Position numbers and translations under genes: made by a program | The notes under the pieces: generated by a model | Told to the model about the DNA's origin: nothing | What the model saw: the letters and a program-made list of their open reading frames with translations, nothing else | The model's database searches: none | In this document: positions 48,087-58,855 of the stretch, in pieces | How positions within the stretch are numbered: position 1 is the first letter of the stretch | Layout of the letters: every line of letters begins with the position of its first letter | Origin: Candidatus Latescibacterota bacterium | GTDB taxonomy: Bacteria > Latescibacterota > UBA2968 > GCA-2709665 | Assembly: GCA_963662665.2 (NCBI GenBank) | Contig: CAXXJS010000031.1 | Span: 64,001 to 128,000 of the forward strand | Length of the DNA stretch: 64,000 nucleotides | Direction of reading: 5' to 3'

Positions 48087-49601
48087 ATGGAAATAGGGGT
48101 ACCATCCGGGACGAGAATGCAGAAGATCGGACTGATCGGGGGACCCGTTCTCGCGATCCTGCTGCTTTTGTTCTTCGATCTGGATCCGGGGCGGCCGGCT
48201 GTGACCAGGATGGCTGCCGTGGCCCTGCTGATGGCCGTCTGGTGGATGACGGAAGCGGTTCCGCTTGCCGCTACGGCGCTGCTCCCCGTGGTCTTGTTTC
48301 CCGTGCTTGGGATCATGGACGGCAGGAAGGTCGCGCCCATCTACTTCAACCACGTCATTCTTCTGTTCATCGGTGGCTTTATGGTTGCTCTGGCCATGCA
48401 GCGCTGGAATCTGCATCGCCGAATCGCGTTGGGAGTGCTCCTGTGGTGCGGTGTTCGCCCGCGGCGGATACTGCTGGGATTCATGATTTCCACGGCGTTC
48501 TTGTCGATGTGGATCTCAAATACGGCCACCACAATGATGATGGTGCCGATCGTGCTGGCGGTGGTGATGAAGCTGGAGGAAAGAAACGCGCGGGGACGTC
48601 TTGCAACGGGTCTGTTTCTCGGTGTGGCTTACGGTGCGTCCATCGGTGGCGTGGCAACGCTGGTGGGCACGCCGCCGAACCTCTCGTTCGCCCGGATTCT
48701 GAATATTCATTTCCCCGATGCGCCGGAGATTTCGTTTTCAGGCTGGTTTCTCTTCGCATTTCCGATTTCCGTGCTGTTCCTGATTGTGGCGTGGCTGTTG
48801 CTGAGTTACTTGTATGCCGGCGGCAGGCAGGCGAAGACCTTCGATCAGAGTGTCCTGCGGGATCAGTACAAAGCGCTGGGGCCGCTCTCGTACGAGGAAG
48901 CGGTGGTTCTGGCCGATTTCGTGCTGCTGGCGTTCCTCTGGCTGTTCAGGAACGAGATCCGGATCGGCGACGCGGTGATCCCGGGGTGGTCGGGGCTGTT
49001 CCCGGACGGCGGGTTTCTTAACGACGGAACGGTCGCTATGGGAATGGCGCTTCTGCTTTTTCTGGTCCCCTCGCGGAGCCCTGCTGCGGATAAACTTCTG
49101 GACCGGGAGACGGTTTCGAAGCTGCCGTGGCACATCGTCCTGCTCTTCGGAGGGGGCTTCGCCCTGGCTACCGGGTTCAAGGATTCAGGGTTGTCAATGT
49201 GGTTCGGGCACGGCCTGGCGTGGCTCGGTGCGCTCCATCCCATGTTGCTTGTGGCTATCCTGTGCCTGACGATTACATTTTTGACCGAGTTGACGTCGAA
49301 TACCGCCACGGCGGAGATGTTCCTCCCCATTCTGGCGGCGCTGGGTGTCGCGATACAGGTGGACCCGCTTCTGTTGATGATTCCGGCCACACTCTCCTGT
49401 TCGTTCGCGTTCATGCTGCCGGTGGCCACGCCGCCGAACGCGATCGTGTTTGGAACAGACCGCGTCCGGATGACGGACATGGTCCGTGTGGGGCTGATAT
49501 TGAATCTGACGGGGGTCGCGATCATTGCCGGCGCGATCTATACACTGGGTGAGTCCGCTTTGGGTATCGAGTTTGCCCGGTTACCGGTCTGGGCCAGGTA
49601 A
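48087..49601 (+). CDS. SLC13/DASS family sodium:dicarboxylate/sulfate symporter
   Basis: WISNTATT, VGTPPN, TSNTAT, MLPVATPPNAI. Confidence 0.92.
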   Translation: MEIGVPSGTRMQKIGLIGGPVLAILLLLFFDLDPGRPAVTRMAAVALLMAVWWMTEAVPLAATALLPVVLFPVLGIMDGRKVAPIYFNHVILLFIGGFMVALAMQRWNLHRRIALGVLLWCGVRPRRILLGFMISTAFLSMWISNTATTMMMVPIVLAVVMKLEERNARGRLATGLFLGVAYGASIGGVATLVGTPPNLSFARILNIHFPDAPEISFSGWFLFAFPISVLFLIVAWLLLSYLYAGGRQAKTFDQSVLRDQYKALGPLSYEEAVVLADFVLLAFLWLFRNEIRIGDAVIPGWSGLFPDGGFLNDGTVAMGMALLLFLVPSRSPAADKLLDRETVSKLPWHIVLLFGGGFALATGFKDSGLSMWFGHGLAWLGALHPMLLVAILCLTITFLTELTSNTATAEMFLPILAALGVAIQVDPLLLMIPATLSCSFAFMLPVATPPNAIVFGTDRVRMTDMVRVGLILNLTGVAIIAGAIYTLGESALGIEFARLPVWAR

Positions 49602-49617
49602 ACCGACGAGGAATGCC

Positions 49618-50616
49618 ATGTTCGAAACCATTGGAACGATCAGACTCAAGTCGGGCGAATCGGTGGATGCTGGGGTTGTGAGAGGGCCGGATCCGGTCTG
49701 GGCGGAACGGATTGAGACGCTGCTGGAACACAAGGCCGAGATCTGGCGCTGGGGAAACAGTATGGTCCTGCGGAAGCCATTGGACGTCGAGGCGTACTTT
49801 TATATTCTCCTTCGCGACGGGGTTCCGATTGCCAATATGTCCACGGTCGAAGTGATGGGGGTCGGAATATTCGGACATGTGTATACAAGACCGGAGGAGA
49901 GGAGGAAGCGGGCGGCGATGGAGCTGATGCGCCTGATGATGGATCATTTCAGAGGAAGGGGCGGCAGGGCTCTTTATCTCGGGACCGGTTATGACTCGCA
50001 TCCGTTTCACATCTATCGGGCGCACGGATTTGAAGCGTTGGAGCCGAAAAGTGGCTATATGGATTACTACAAGACTTCAAAGGAAGTGTTCGAGACGGAT
50101 TATTTCTCGAAGGGACCCACGGACGTGGCGGAGCTGGACTGGCGGGACTGGCCTGCGTCTACGCCCCTTTTTTCGGGAGATTTTCCGGGTGTAATGCGCT
50201 GTGCGGGCATGCGGATTTTCGGACGTCAGTCTACCGAGAGCCCTCTGTTGCCATTCATTCGAGACGCGGTGGCGCGACGGGCGGATGCCAGGCCGGCGTG
50301 TGTGAAGGTGCTGCGGCGGCGGGGTACGACGGCCGTAGCGGGCCTGGCGATGTGGTCGTTCGACCGTCTCTGGCCCGCAAGCTGCGTGGTGGATCTATAC
50401 TGCCATCCGGATTTCTGGGACCGCTCGTGCGACCTGCTGGGCGCATTGCCGCTACCCGAAGCGGAACGGTACCTGGCCTATTGCGACGCGGGATTCGAAC
50501 CGAAGGAAATGGCGCTTTCGCAAGCTGGATTCCACCCAACCGCCACGTACAGGCAGCGCGTCTCCGTAGACAGAGCGGGAACGGCACACGTCGACGTGAC
50601 GGTCTGGGAAAAGTGA
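49618..50616 (+). CDS. GNAT-domain protein
   Basis: GHVYTRPEERRKRAA..YRAHGF. Confidence 0.75.
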   Translation: MFETIGTIRLKSGESVDAGVVRGPDPVWAERIETLLEHKAEIWRWGNSMVLRKPLDVEAYFYILLRDGVPIANMSTVEVMGVGIFGHVYTRPEERRKRAAMELMRLMMDHFRGRGGRALYLGTGYDSHPFHIYRAHGFEALEPKSGYMDYYKTSKEVFETDYFSKGPTDVAELDWRDWPASTPLFSGDFPGVMRCAGMRIFGRQSTESPLLPFIRDAVARRADARPACVKVLRRRGTTAVAGLAMWSFDRLWPASCVVDLYCHPDFWDRSCDLLGALPLPEAERYLAYCDAGFEPKEMALSQAGFHPTATYRQRVSVDRAGTAHVDVTVWEK

Positions 50617-50710
50617 GTGCGAACCCCTGGGTCAGCGGCGACCGGAGTCAGGTTGCAGGCGAGGTGCCGTTGCCAAAACACGGGCCGATCCGATGGATCG
50701 GCCCGTGTTT

Positions 50711-52474
50711 TCAATCGGCGGCGTTTTCCCTGGCCTGGGGTATACGCCACCCATGGGAGATCTCCTGGGTACGTACCATTCGCGCATAGAGACCACCCTG
50801 GTCCATCAGTTTCGCGTGGGCGCCGGATTCGACAATACGACCGCCGCTGCACACGAGAATCTTGTCCGCGTTGCGCACGGTGGAAAGCCGGTGGGCGATC
50901 ACAATCGTGGTACGATGGCGCGTAAGGCGGGCAATGGCTTCCTGGATGAGGATTTCGGTCTCGGCGTCCACCGATGAGGTGGCTTCGTCCAGGATCAGGA
51001 CGGGGGCGTCTTTCAGCACGGCGCGGGCGATGGAGAGCCGCTGCTTCTGACCGCCGGAGAGCCGGACGCCCCGCTCCCCGACGATCGTGTCGTACCCTTC
51101 CGGCAGACCCAGGATGAAGTCTTCCGCGTTGGCCGCGCGGGCCGCTTCCCTGACCTGTCGGTCCGTGGCGTGGGCACGGCCGAAGAGCAGGTTCTCGCGT
51201 ACCGTGGCGTGGAAGAGGAAAACATCCTGGAACACGGTAGCGATCTGTGAACGAAGATAGGCCAACGGAAGGGTGCGGACGTCGTGCCCGCCAATGTATA
51301 CGCCGCCTCGCTGCGGATCGTAAAAGCGGGGAATCAGATTTGCAACGGTGGTTTTTCCTGCGCCCGTAGGGCCGACAAGGGCGATAATCTCGCCGGCGTC
51401 GGCATTGAAGTCAACCCCGTGAAGCACGGGATTTTCGCGGTCGTATCCGAAGGTGACATTCTGAAAGCGGATGTTCCAGGTCATGGATGGAGGCGTCCGG
51501 GCTTCGCGGGCGTCATTGATGTCCGATTCTACGGCAAGGATCCCGAAAACACGGTCGGTGCTGGCAGCGGCTTTCTGCAGAACGTCGTTAATCGAGGCGA
51601 GTTGGAGAAAAGGCTGGTAGATGTGCCCCATGTAGACAATAAAGACAAAGAGGTCCGCAACGGAGATCACACCTTCCAGCGCCATTTTGCCGCCGCTCCA
51701 AATCACCAGAACGATGCCGATTCCCCCCGCGGCCTCGATGATGCCGGCCGGTAGAATGGAGATGCGGTTGGCTGTTACGCTGCTGTCTCTGAATTTCAGG
51801 CTCTGGGCTTCGACAAGGCGGGCGCGTCGGTGTTCCTGGGCGAAGGACTTGATAACCGGGATGCCGGAGAAGCTGTCCTGGACAAGCGCGACCAGATCCG
51901 CCAGGTGTGAGCGCACGGCGGACCAGAGGGCGCGGACTTTGGAGACGTAGCGGTAGACCAGCAGGGCCGTCAGCGGAATGGGGATCAGGGTGATGAGCGC
52001 GAGTTCGGGGTTCAGGCTGAACAGCACGGCGATCATTGAAACGGGTATGATCGCAGCCAGGGCGGTCTCAGGGATGCCGTGAGCGACAAAGTCTTCAAGG
52101 GCTTCGACGTCGTTGATTGAACGTGCGATAAGGTTGCCGGTCCGCTGCTTGTTGAAAAAGCGATGGGGCAGGTTCTGAAGGTGTCGATATATCTTCACCA
52201 TCAGGTCGTGCATCAGGCGATAGGCGGCAATATGAGAAAAGAACCCGTAACCGTATCTGGCCGCGCCCCGAAAGAGGTAGACCCCTATAAGAAGCAGGCT
52301 GGTCCGAGCCAGATCGGCGGAGTCGGCGCCTTCCGTCAGCCAGCGTATGAGTTCCCTTATGAGCAACGGGGGTAAAAGGTTGGCGGCGGCAAAAAGGAGC
52401 CCGCAGGCGACGGTGAGGGCGACGAGAAGGCGTTTACCCTCCAGGATTCGGTAGAATTGGGCGACAAAACTCAT
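50711..52474 (-). CDS. ABC exporter, fused permease and ATPase (MdlB/MsbA-like)
   Basis: TM domain followed by GPTGAGKT, LSGGQKQR, LILDEATS. Confidence 0.93.
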   Translation of the reverse strand: MSFVAQFYRILEGKRLLVALTVACGLLFAAANLLPPLLIRELIRWLTEGADSADLARTSLLLIGVYLFRGAARYGYGFFSHIAAYRLMHDLMVKIYRHLQNLPHRFFNKQRTGNLIARSINDVEALEDFVAHGIPETALAAIIPVSMIAVLFSLNPELALITLIPIPLTALLVYRYVSKVRALWSAVRSHLADLVALVQDSFSGIPVIKSFAQEHRRARLVEAQSLKFRDSSVTANRISILPAGIIEAAGGIGIVLVIWSGGKMALEGVISVADLFVFIVYMGHIYQPFLQLASINDVLQKAAASTDRVFGILAVESDINDAREARTPPSMTWNIRFQNVTFGYDRENPVLHGVDFNADAGEIIALVGPTGAGKTTVANLIPRFYDPQRGGVYIGGHDVRTLPLAYLRSQIATVFQDVFLFHATVRENLLFGRAHATDRQVREAARAANAEDFILGLPEGYDTIVGERGVRLSGGQKQRLSIARAVLKDAPVLILDEATSSVDAETEILIQEAIARLTRHRTTIVIAHRLSTVRNADKILVCSGGRIVESGAHAKLMDQGGLYARMVRTQEISHGWRIPQARENAAD

Positions 52475-52558
52475 GGTTGTATCTGAAGTCCCGCGGAAAA
52501 TGCGTTGCAGGGTTCATCCCGGGCCACGGTCGGGTGGTCCGGGTACGCGGCAATTGAC

Positions 52559-52657
52559 CTGACAGCCCGTTGAAAATGTACATCCGGGCTTCGTCCGGCC
52601 CTTGTGGCCGAATGACTCGGCCTCACCGGCAAAGCGACTTTATCAACAGACTGTTAA
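52559..52657. mobile_element. MITE-like element, copy 3 (minimal, about 99 bp)
   Basis: TGACAGCCCGTTGAAAATGT ... GACTTTATCAACAGACTGTTA; shares TCCGGCCCTTGTGGCCGAAT with copy 2. Confidence 0.75.
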
Positions 52658-52987
52658 ACGTAGGTGTCAGCGGGAGCAATGTCAACTGTTTTGGCTCGCA
52701 CAGGTATGCGCACTCGAATTTTCGGTTGTGTAAGAAGGACTTACCGTCTATATTGTAGTCCAGTGTGCCGAAATTTAGCTAACTTAATATTAGAATACAT
52801 TAAATTAAAATATCCGCTTATGTATTTCCTGTCGCGGAATTAATGGATTTCGCAGTGCGGGAACGGGTATTGCGGCTCCCGTCGGCCAGCTGCCTGGCGG
52901 CAGAAACCCGCGATCGCGGCGGCGGCCAATCTATAGGTGTGCCGGTTTGCGCGTGGGTGTCCGCACAGTGATGGAGCGCTGAACAAG

Positions 52988-54013
52988 ATGCCGAAGTTTA
53001 CCATTGATCCTATCCGGAACGAAACCGCGCTGGTCGATCGGATGACCGAACCGGTTCCCGAGGTCGTGGATGCGGTCTCCGGAATTGACGGCGACGTGTT
53101 GATACTGGGCATCGCCGGCAAAATGGGACTGACACTGGGCGAACTCCTGGTGCGTTCGGGGGCCGGCGGGGTCATCGGAGTCTCCCGGTTTTCCAATCCA
53201 GGTGACCGGAATTACCTTGAATCCAGGGGAATACGAACCGTACGGTGCGACCTGATCGACGACGATTCGTTGCGCAGTCTGCCGGACGTGGACCACATTA
53301 TCCTGCTTGCCGGCCATAAATTCGGTTCAACCGGGAATGAGCCCCTGACCTGGGCAATGAACGCGCTGCTTCCCGGTAAGGTGATGCAGCGGTTTCCGGA
53401 TTCCCGAATCGTCTATGTTTCATCGGGAAACGTCTACCGGTTTGTCTCTCCGGATTCGGGCGGATCCGTAGAATCGTCGCCGCTGGAACCGATCGGGGAA
53501 TACGCGCAGTCGCGCCTGGGGGGAGAGCGCCTGGCGGCATACTACGCACAAAGGAACGGAACGCCGCTTGCGATTATCCGATTGTTCTACGCAACGGAAT
53601 TACGCTACGGTGTGTTTCTGGATATCGCCCAGCGGATCTGGAGCGGGCAACCGATCGATCTGACCATGGGATATGTGAACCAGATCTGGCAGGGCGATGC
53701 GAACGCCTATCTTGCGCGTTGCTTTCCGCATTGTGACAGCCCGGCAAGGGTGTTCAATCTTACCGGTAGCGAACTGCTGGAGATCCGGGACGTTGCACTG
53801 AAACTCGGCACGCTGATGGGTCGGGAGCCGGTTTTCGAGGGCGAGGAGAGTCCAACGGCCCTGTTGGGCAATGCAGGGGCGTTATTCGACGTCATGGGGC
53901 GCCCCCGGGTTTCGTCCGGGGAAATGATGGAGTGGGTGGCCGCGTGGGTGATGCACGGGGGCCCCACCCTGGGCAAGCCGACAAAGTACGAAGCGCGGAA
54001 CGGACAGTTTTAG
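52988..54013 (+). CDS. NAD-dependent epimerase/dehydratase family protein
   Basis: ILGIAGKMG, SSGNVY, YAQSRLG, NQIWQGDAN. Confidence 0.85.
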   Translation: MPKFTIDPIRNETALVDRMTEPVPEVVDAVSGIDGDVLILGIAGKMGLTLGELLVRSGAGGVIGVSRFSNPGDRNYLESRGIRTVRCDLIDDDSLRSLPDVDHIILLAGHKFGSTGNEPLTWAMNALLPGKVMQRFPDSRIVYVSSGNVYRFVSPDSGGSVESSPLEPIGEYAQSRLGGERLAAYYAQRNGTPLAIIRLFYATELRYGVFLDIAQRIWSGQPIDLTMGYVNQIWQGDANAYLARCFPHCDSPARVFNLTGSELLEIRDVALKLGTLMGREPVFEGEESPTALLGNAGALFDVMGRPRVSSGEMMEWVAAWVMHGGPTLGKPTKYEARNGQF

Positions 54014-54073
54014 ATTCATAAAAAGGGACCGCTGCTGGATGGGCGTTCTACATCATCGGGTTGGGAGATTCCG

Positions 54074-55393
54074 GTGACGGGCGAATTGAAGGCCGGCGTT
54101 GCCGAGGTCAATATTACACCGCCAATCGGCGTTTCGCTGTGCGGATTCGGCAACCGGGCGGGGCCGGCCGAAACGGTATACGACGATTTGTTCGTGCGCG
54201 CTTTGGTACTTGACGACGGTCGGACGCGGCTGGCAATCGTCACGTCGGATCTTATTTCATTTGCGCCCGACCTCGTGACGCGGATACGGGACCTGGTGGA
54301 AAGCGCGGCGGGTATACCGGGTGGGTGCCTTCTGTTGAACGGATCCCACTCGCATTCCGGTCCCACGGTGATGTCGTTTCGTAGCATGGGCCGGCGAGAC
54401 CAGGCCTATGAGGACGTGCTTTGCCGGCAGGTCGCAGGCGCCGTTCGCATGGCGGTGGACCGGCTGGACGCCGTTTCTATCCATGGCGGCCGCGCTCCGG
54501 TCAGGATCGCCCATAACAGGCGCGCGCGTCGTGACGGGCACATGACGATCGGACACAACCCGCAGGGCCCCGAAGCCCCCTGGGTGGACGTGCTCCGCAT
54601 CGACAACCGTGCGGGTTCCGCGCTCGGTCTTCTATATACGACGGCGGCCCACCCCGTCAACCTGCGCGGCCTGGCGTTCAGCGCAGAATTTCCGGGATAT
54701 GCAGCACGCTTTATCCGGCGCGAATTGGACGGTGGGCTTCCGATGTTTGCGCAGGGATGTTGCGGCGACATCAACTGTACGCCGATGGACGGCACGTTGC
54801 GTACAACGATGCAGCAGGGTGAATTGCTGGGAGCCGCTGCCGTCGCCGCCGCCAGGCGCGCGGAACCACTAAGTTCGAATCGCCTGGGGTCGGAACGACA
54901 GGTAATACATCTCCCCACAAGAATACCTTCGGTGGATGAGGCGCAACGTGCGCTCAACGAGCAGAAAGACCGTGTGAGGCACGCCGAAAACGACTCCGAG
55001 GCGTCCGACTATCTGACGCTTCAGTACAGGGGACAGATCGCCTGGGCAAAGGACTATCTGGCGGCCGCACAGAACCGTCAGCCCCGGCCTGAAGCCTTCG
55101 AGATTCAGGTCTTGCGGATCGGCGAGACGGCGGTGGTAGCCTACCCGGGCGAGATGTTCGTGGATTACCAACTGGAAATGGATCGGTCGTCCCCTTTCGA
55201 GAAGACGATCACGCTCGGGTTCAGCAACGGATGCATCGGATACGTGCCGACGGCGGTGGCATTTCCGGAAGGCGGTTACGAGGTTGACCACGCGTTCCGA
55301 TACTACGGTACGTTGATGATTACGTCGGCCTGTGAACGAATGATCAAATCCGCAACGCTCGAGTTGCTTGACCGGTTGAAACGCAACGGCTGA
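54074..55393 (+). CDS. Neutral/alkaline ceramidase N-terminal domain-like protein
   Basis: VNITPP, SHSHSGP, QGCCGDIN, PGEMF, GYVPT..GGYE. Confidence 0.8.
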   Translation: MTGELKAGVAEVNITPPIGVSLCGFGNRAGPAETVYDDLFVRALVLDDGRTRLAIVTSDLISFAPDLVTRIRDLVESAAGIPGGCLLLNGSHSHSGPTVMSFRSMGRRDQAYEDVLCRQVAGAVRMAVDRLDAVSIHGGRAPVRIAHNRRARRDGHMTIGHNPQGPEAPWVDVLRIDNRAGSALGLLYTTAAHPVNLRGLAFSAEFPGYAARFIRRELDGGLPMFAQGCCGDINCTPMDGTLRTTMQQGELLGAAAVAAARRAEPLSSNRLGSERQVIHLPTRIPSVDEAQRALNEQKDRVRHAENDSEASDYLTLQYRGQIAWAKDYLAAAQNRQPRPEAFEIQVLRIGETAVVAYPGEMFVDYQLEMDRSSPFEKTITLGFSNGCIGYVPTAVAFPEGGYEVDHAFRYYGTLMITSACERMIKSATLELLDRLKRNG

Positions 55394-55408
55394 AACGAGG
55401 AGGCGTAC

Positions 55409-56374
55409 GTGCGTTCTTTGCTGTTGTGCGGTTTGTTGTGTATCGCGGCCACGCCATCAACGGGCGGCGAAATAAAGAAAGAGTCGTTCGCCGAAGGGAC
55501 GAATTCGGCGGCGGAGGCATTTGCGCGGTATCGGCCGAAGCGGATAGGGCTCATCGTGTTGGCGTCGGACCGGGACCCGGCTCTCGGGCTCCGGTACGCA
55601 GGGCGGGTCCTGCTAGGTTTCAGCCGCCAGCTTGAAGGGGACCCGTTCCGGATGCCTGGCAGGTACGAACTCCGGCTCTACGAAGCGATCCGCTCGGCGC
55701 TTCACGCCAGGGGATACGATGTACGACATCAGGGCGGCTGGAACGGATCGCGCCTTGGTGAGGTGATTGACCGGGCTCAGGACGTGGACGCGGTGTGTGT
55801 GGCGCACTACTATATCAAACGCAGCCACAGAATAGGTAATTTCGACGGCTTCAACTGGTCGTCTCCGTTCGAGGGTATGCATCTGAATCTTCGGGCGGCG
55901 TTCTTCCACGTAGAGAGCAAGGAATCGCTCTACAGGCTTGAAGCGACCACGCTGGGCACAGAGGAACTCTACGCCAGACTGGGAGAAATGGTGGCCGAGG
56001 AACCACTTTATCCGGACGGTTACGACGAGCATGGAAGTCCCAATGCCTACAAGATTGCAGTGTACGAAACGTCACTTCGAGACTTGAAACTGGCCGAGCA
56101 TCCGGTCCCGATAATTCGCACGGCCAAGGGATCACTCGATATCACGTACGACGGCGGATGGATCCGCAAGGGAAGGGTAAGATTAAAGAACGTGATGGGA
56201 CGGCTCAATATTCCCATCCCTGAGGAAGTTGCCAAACAGAACAGCGTATTGGCGCGGATGCTCGAATACGTTCCCTTTCGCCCCAGAGACGACGATCGAG
56301 AGTATTTCGATCTGCTTGGAGTTGCACAAATCGCCCGTTTGGTTCGACAGAGAATTCCCGCGCAAGGCCCGTAG
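55409..56374 (+). CDS. Hypothetical secreted protein
   Basis: Strong RBS GAGGAGG, GTG start, signal peptide; no recognisable domain. Confidence 0.7.
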   Translation: MRSLLLCGLLCIAATPSTGGEIKKESFAEGTNSAAEAFARYRPKRIGLIVLASDRDPALGLRYAGRVLLGFSRQLEGDPFRMPGRYELRLYEAIRSALHARGYDVRHQGGWNGSRLGEVIDRAQDVDAVCVAHYYIKRSHRIGNFDGFNWSSPFEGMHLNLRAAFFHVESKESLYRLEATTLGTEELYARLGEMVAEEPLYPDGYDEHGSPNAYKIAVYETSLRDLKLAEHPVPIIRTAKGSLDITYDGGWIRKGRVRLKNVMGRLNIPIPEEVAKQNSVLARMLEYVPFRPRDDDREYFDLLGVAQIARLVRQRIPAQGP

Positions 56375-56479
56375 GAGGATTCGTGGAACGGTACTGCCAC
56401 GGGACGCGTCTGCTAAGAGCGTTTGCGGGAAAAACGTCCGGCCGTTCGGTCCCAATTCAGAAGAAATGGATACGAATAC

Positions 56480-57475
56480 ATGAATAAATTCAAGCAGGCA
56501 GAGGTGAAGCTGACGCCGGACATCTCGGGAATAAAGCTGGAAACCGAATTTTTCTCGCTCGTTGTCGCGCCCGAACTGGGCGGGAAGATAACGTCTCTCG
56601 TCAATAAGACGACCGGCCGCGAATTTCTTTCGCGAACCAATATTCCTTACAGAAGCCGGACGTACGCGGACCGCTTCGAGAATTACGAACGCGACGGGGC
56701 GGACGAGTGTTTTCCAACCGTCGAAGCCTGTCCGTATCCTGTTTTTCCCTGGGATGGTGTGTCGGTACCGGACCATGGAGAGGTCTGGACGCTTCCATGG
56801 CAGTACGAAGTCAAACAGGGGCGCCTTCAGATGTGGGTCAGGGGCGTGCGGTTTCCGTACGTGTTTAAACGTGACATCCGCTTCGACACATTGGCGCGCG
56901 GCGCGAAACCCTATATTCGCCTTTCCTACACTGTCGAGAATGAGAGCCCGTTTGAAATGCCGTTCGTCTATGCTTTCCATCCACTTTTCAAAGCGGAAAC
57001 CCGCGCGCGCATCCTGGTGCCTTCCGGCACGGACGTGGTTTCATACATGAGTACGGAAGACCGCCTGGGGCCGCCAATGACACGGCATGTCTGGCCTAAG
57101 GTAACGGATCTGACCCTGGACAAGGAATATAACCGATCGTCCATCCGATCCAGCCGTACCAAAGAGGCCGAGAAGCTCTTTTCCACACGTATGGAGCAGG
57201 GCCGCTGCGCGTTGGTCTATCCGAACGGAGAGTTTATCGGTTTTCTGTTTCCGGCCAAAAAGCTCCCGCATCTGGGCTTATGGATAAATGAGGGCGGCTG
57301 GAACAACCTCCACCACGTGGCTCTGGAACCCTCTACGTCGCAGGTCGACCGCCTGGATACAGCGTGGGGGCTGAGGGCCTGCGGGGTCGTGCCGGCAAAC
57401 GGCCAATCCGAATGGGATATCAGCCTGATTCTGGGCGAAGGCGACGAACGTCAGGAATTGCTCGGGGAGTTCTGA
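56480..57475 (+). CDS. Galactose mutarotase-like / DUF5107-like protein
   Basis: PELGGKITSL, DECFPTV, PDHGEVW, YAFHP, ALEP. Confidence 0.78.
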   Translation: MNKFKQAEVKLTPDISGIKLETEFFSLVVAPELGGKITSLVNKTTGREFLSRTNIPYRSRTYADRFENYERDGADECFPTVEACPYPVFPWDGVSVPDHGEVWTLPWQYEVKQGRLQMWVRGVRFPYVFKRDIRFDTLARGAKPYIRLSYTVENESPFEMPFVYAFHPLFKAETRARILVPSGTDVVSYMSTEDRLGPPMTRHVWPKVTDLTLDKEYNRSSIRSSRTKEAEKLFSTRMEQGRCALVYPNGEFIGFLFPAKKLPHLGLWINEGGWNNLHHVALEPSTSQVDRLDTAWGLRACGVVPANGQSEWDISLILGEGDERQELLGEF

Positions 57476-57476
57476 T

Positions 57477-58853
57477 GTGAGACTGCTCGCCATAGTGCTT
57501 CTTGTCGGATTCATTCCTGCAGTGACTCACGCTCAGTCGCGGCTGGAAGAAATGGTTTTGGTGCAGAGCGGGCTGGAACGGTTTTACATGAGCCGGCACG
57601 AGGTGACCGTCGAACAGATGAAGGCATTCGATGCGGAATATCACCCGGCATACACCTATTTCGATGATGCAAAAATGCCTGCCACCGCGATCACGTTCAC
57701 ACAGGCGAAAGCATACTGCGAAGCACAGGGTAAACGGCTCCCCACTTCCGACGAATGGGTCGTGGCATGCGGGGGTCTGGAGGCAACGGCTTACGCGTAC
57801 GGGAACAACTACGACCCCAACCACGCGCGGGTGGGCCGGAGGAACTGGACCGACGGCCCCAAGGCGGTGATGAGCTTCGACAAAAACAGGGCAGGGTTGT
57901 ACGACATGTCCGGGAACGTGTGGGAATGGGTGGACGACGGAGGCGACGAGGGCGGGATGCAGAAAGTATACGGCGGATCCTGGACGGATGGTCCCAGCAT
58001 GACCCGGTGCGGTTCCGCGAGACGGGCGAAAGTCGATCTGAAATCGTTGAATTACGGATTCCGGTGCGCCCGCTCGCTGACGGACGCCGACCGGACCCGC
58101 CTGGCCGAGGCCGAGGCGGAGGCGCGTCGCAGAATTCAGGCGCGCGTCCGCAGGGAAGCCGCCCGCCGCAAGGCCGCAATCAAGGCCGCTGAGACGGCCC
58201 GTATTGCCAAAATTGAAGCAAAAGCCAAAACTGCCCGCGCGGCCGAATTAGCCGAAGAACAGGCCCGCGCGGCCGAGAAGGAGCGGAAAGCGGCGGCTTT
58301 TGCGAAGAGAGTCGAGGGCATGCTGAAGGTCGAGACCTCTGCTTACCAGACTTTCTATATTGATCCCCACGAAGTCAACGTCGAGGCGTTTCAGGCGTTC
58401 GACGCATCTTACAGGCCGGATGAATTCTCGGACGCTCCACGGATGCCGGCCACCGGAATCACGCACGAACAGGCGCAGGCCTACTGCGGCTCGCTCGGCA
58501 AGAGGCTGCCCACGGCGGAAGAATGGGTGGCGGCCTGTGTAGGGGAGGCGGGAAACATCTATTCCTATGGCAAGCGTTACGATCCCGGCAGCGGCCGGAC
58601 CGGCCTGGCGTGGGACGCGGGGGCTGCGGAAGTGGCAAAAGGAGCCCCCAACGTTTACGGCGTCAGGGATATGGTGGGCAACGTGTGGGAGTGGGTGGAT
58701 GGATGGTATGGAAAAAACAGAGAACTACGCGCCATATACGGCGGGTCATGGCTTGACAACGAAAAACGGGCGAAATGTACCGGCGCGGGTTGGGCAGAAC
58801 CCCATGAAAGACGGTCCGACGTCGGATTTCGCTGTGCGGTGGGAGTTGAATAG
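57477..58853 (+). CDS. Secreted protein with two FGE-sulfatase (SUMF1, CLec-fold) domains and an Ala-rich helical linker
   Basis: Each of these occurs twice: HEV, GKRLPT..EW, DMxGNVWEWV, GGSW, GFRCA. Confidence 0.88.
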   Translation: MRLLAIVLLVGFIPAVTHAQSRLEEMVLVQSGLERFYMSRHEVTVEQMKAFDAEYHPAYTYFDDAKMPATAITFTQAKAYCEAQGKRLPTSDEWVVACGGLEATAYAYGNNYDPNHARVGRRNWTDGPKAVMSFDKNRAGLYDMSGNVWEWVDDGGDEGGMQKVYGGSWTDGPSMTRCGSARRAKVDLKSLNYGFRCARSLTDADRTRLAEAEAEARRRIQARVRREAARRKAAIKAAETARIAKIEAKAKTARAAELAEEQARAAEKERKAAAFAKRVEGMLKVETSAYQTFYIDPHEVNVEAFQAFDASYRPDEFSDAPRMPATGITHEQAQAYCGSLGKRLPTAEEWVAACVGEAGNIYSYGKRYDPGSGRTGLAWDAGAAEVAKGAPNVYGVRDMVGNVWEWVDGWYGKNRELRAIYGGSWLDNEKRAKCTGAGWAEPHERRSDVGFRCAVGVE

Positions 58854-58855
58854 GG

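Noticed and set aside
57477-58853. Diversity-generating retroelement target
   Set aside because: The CLec fold fits, but there is no reverse transcriptase and no template repeat differing only at adenines in the window.
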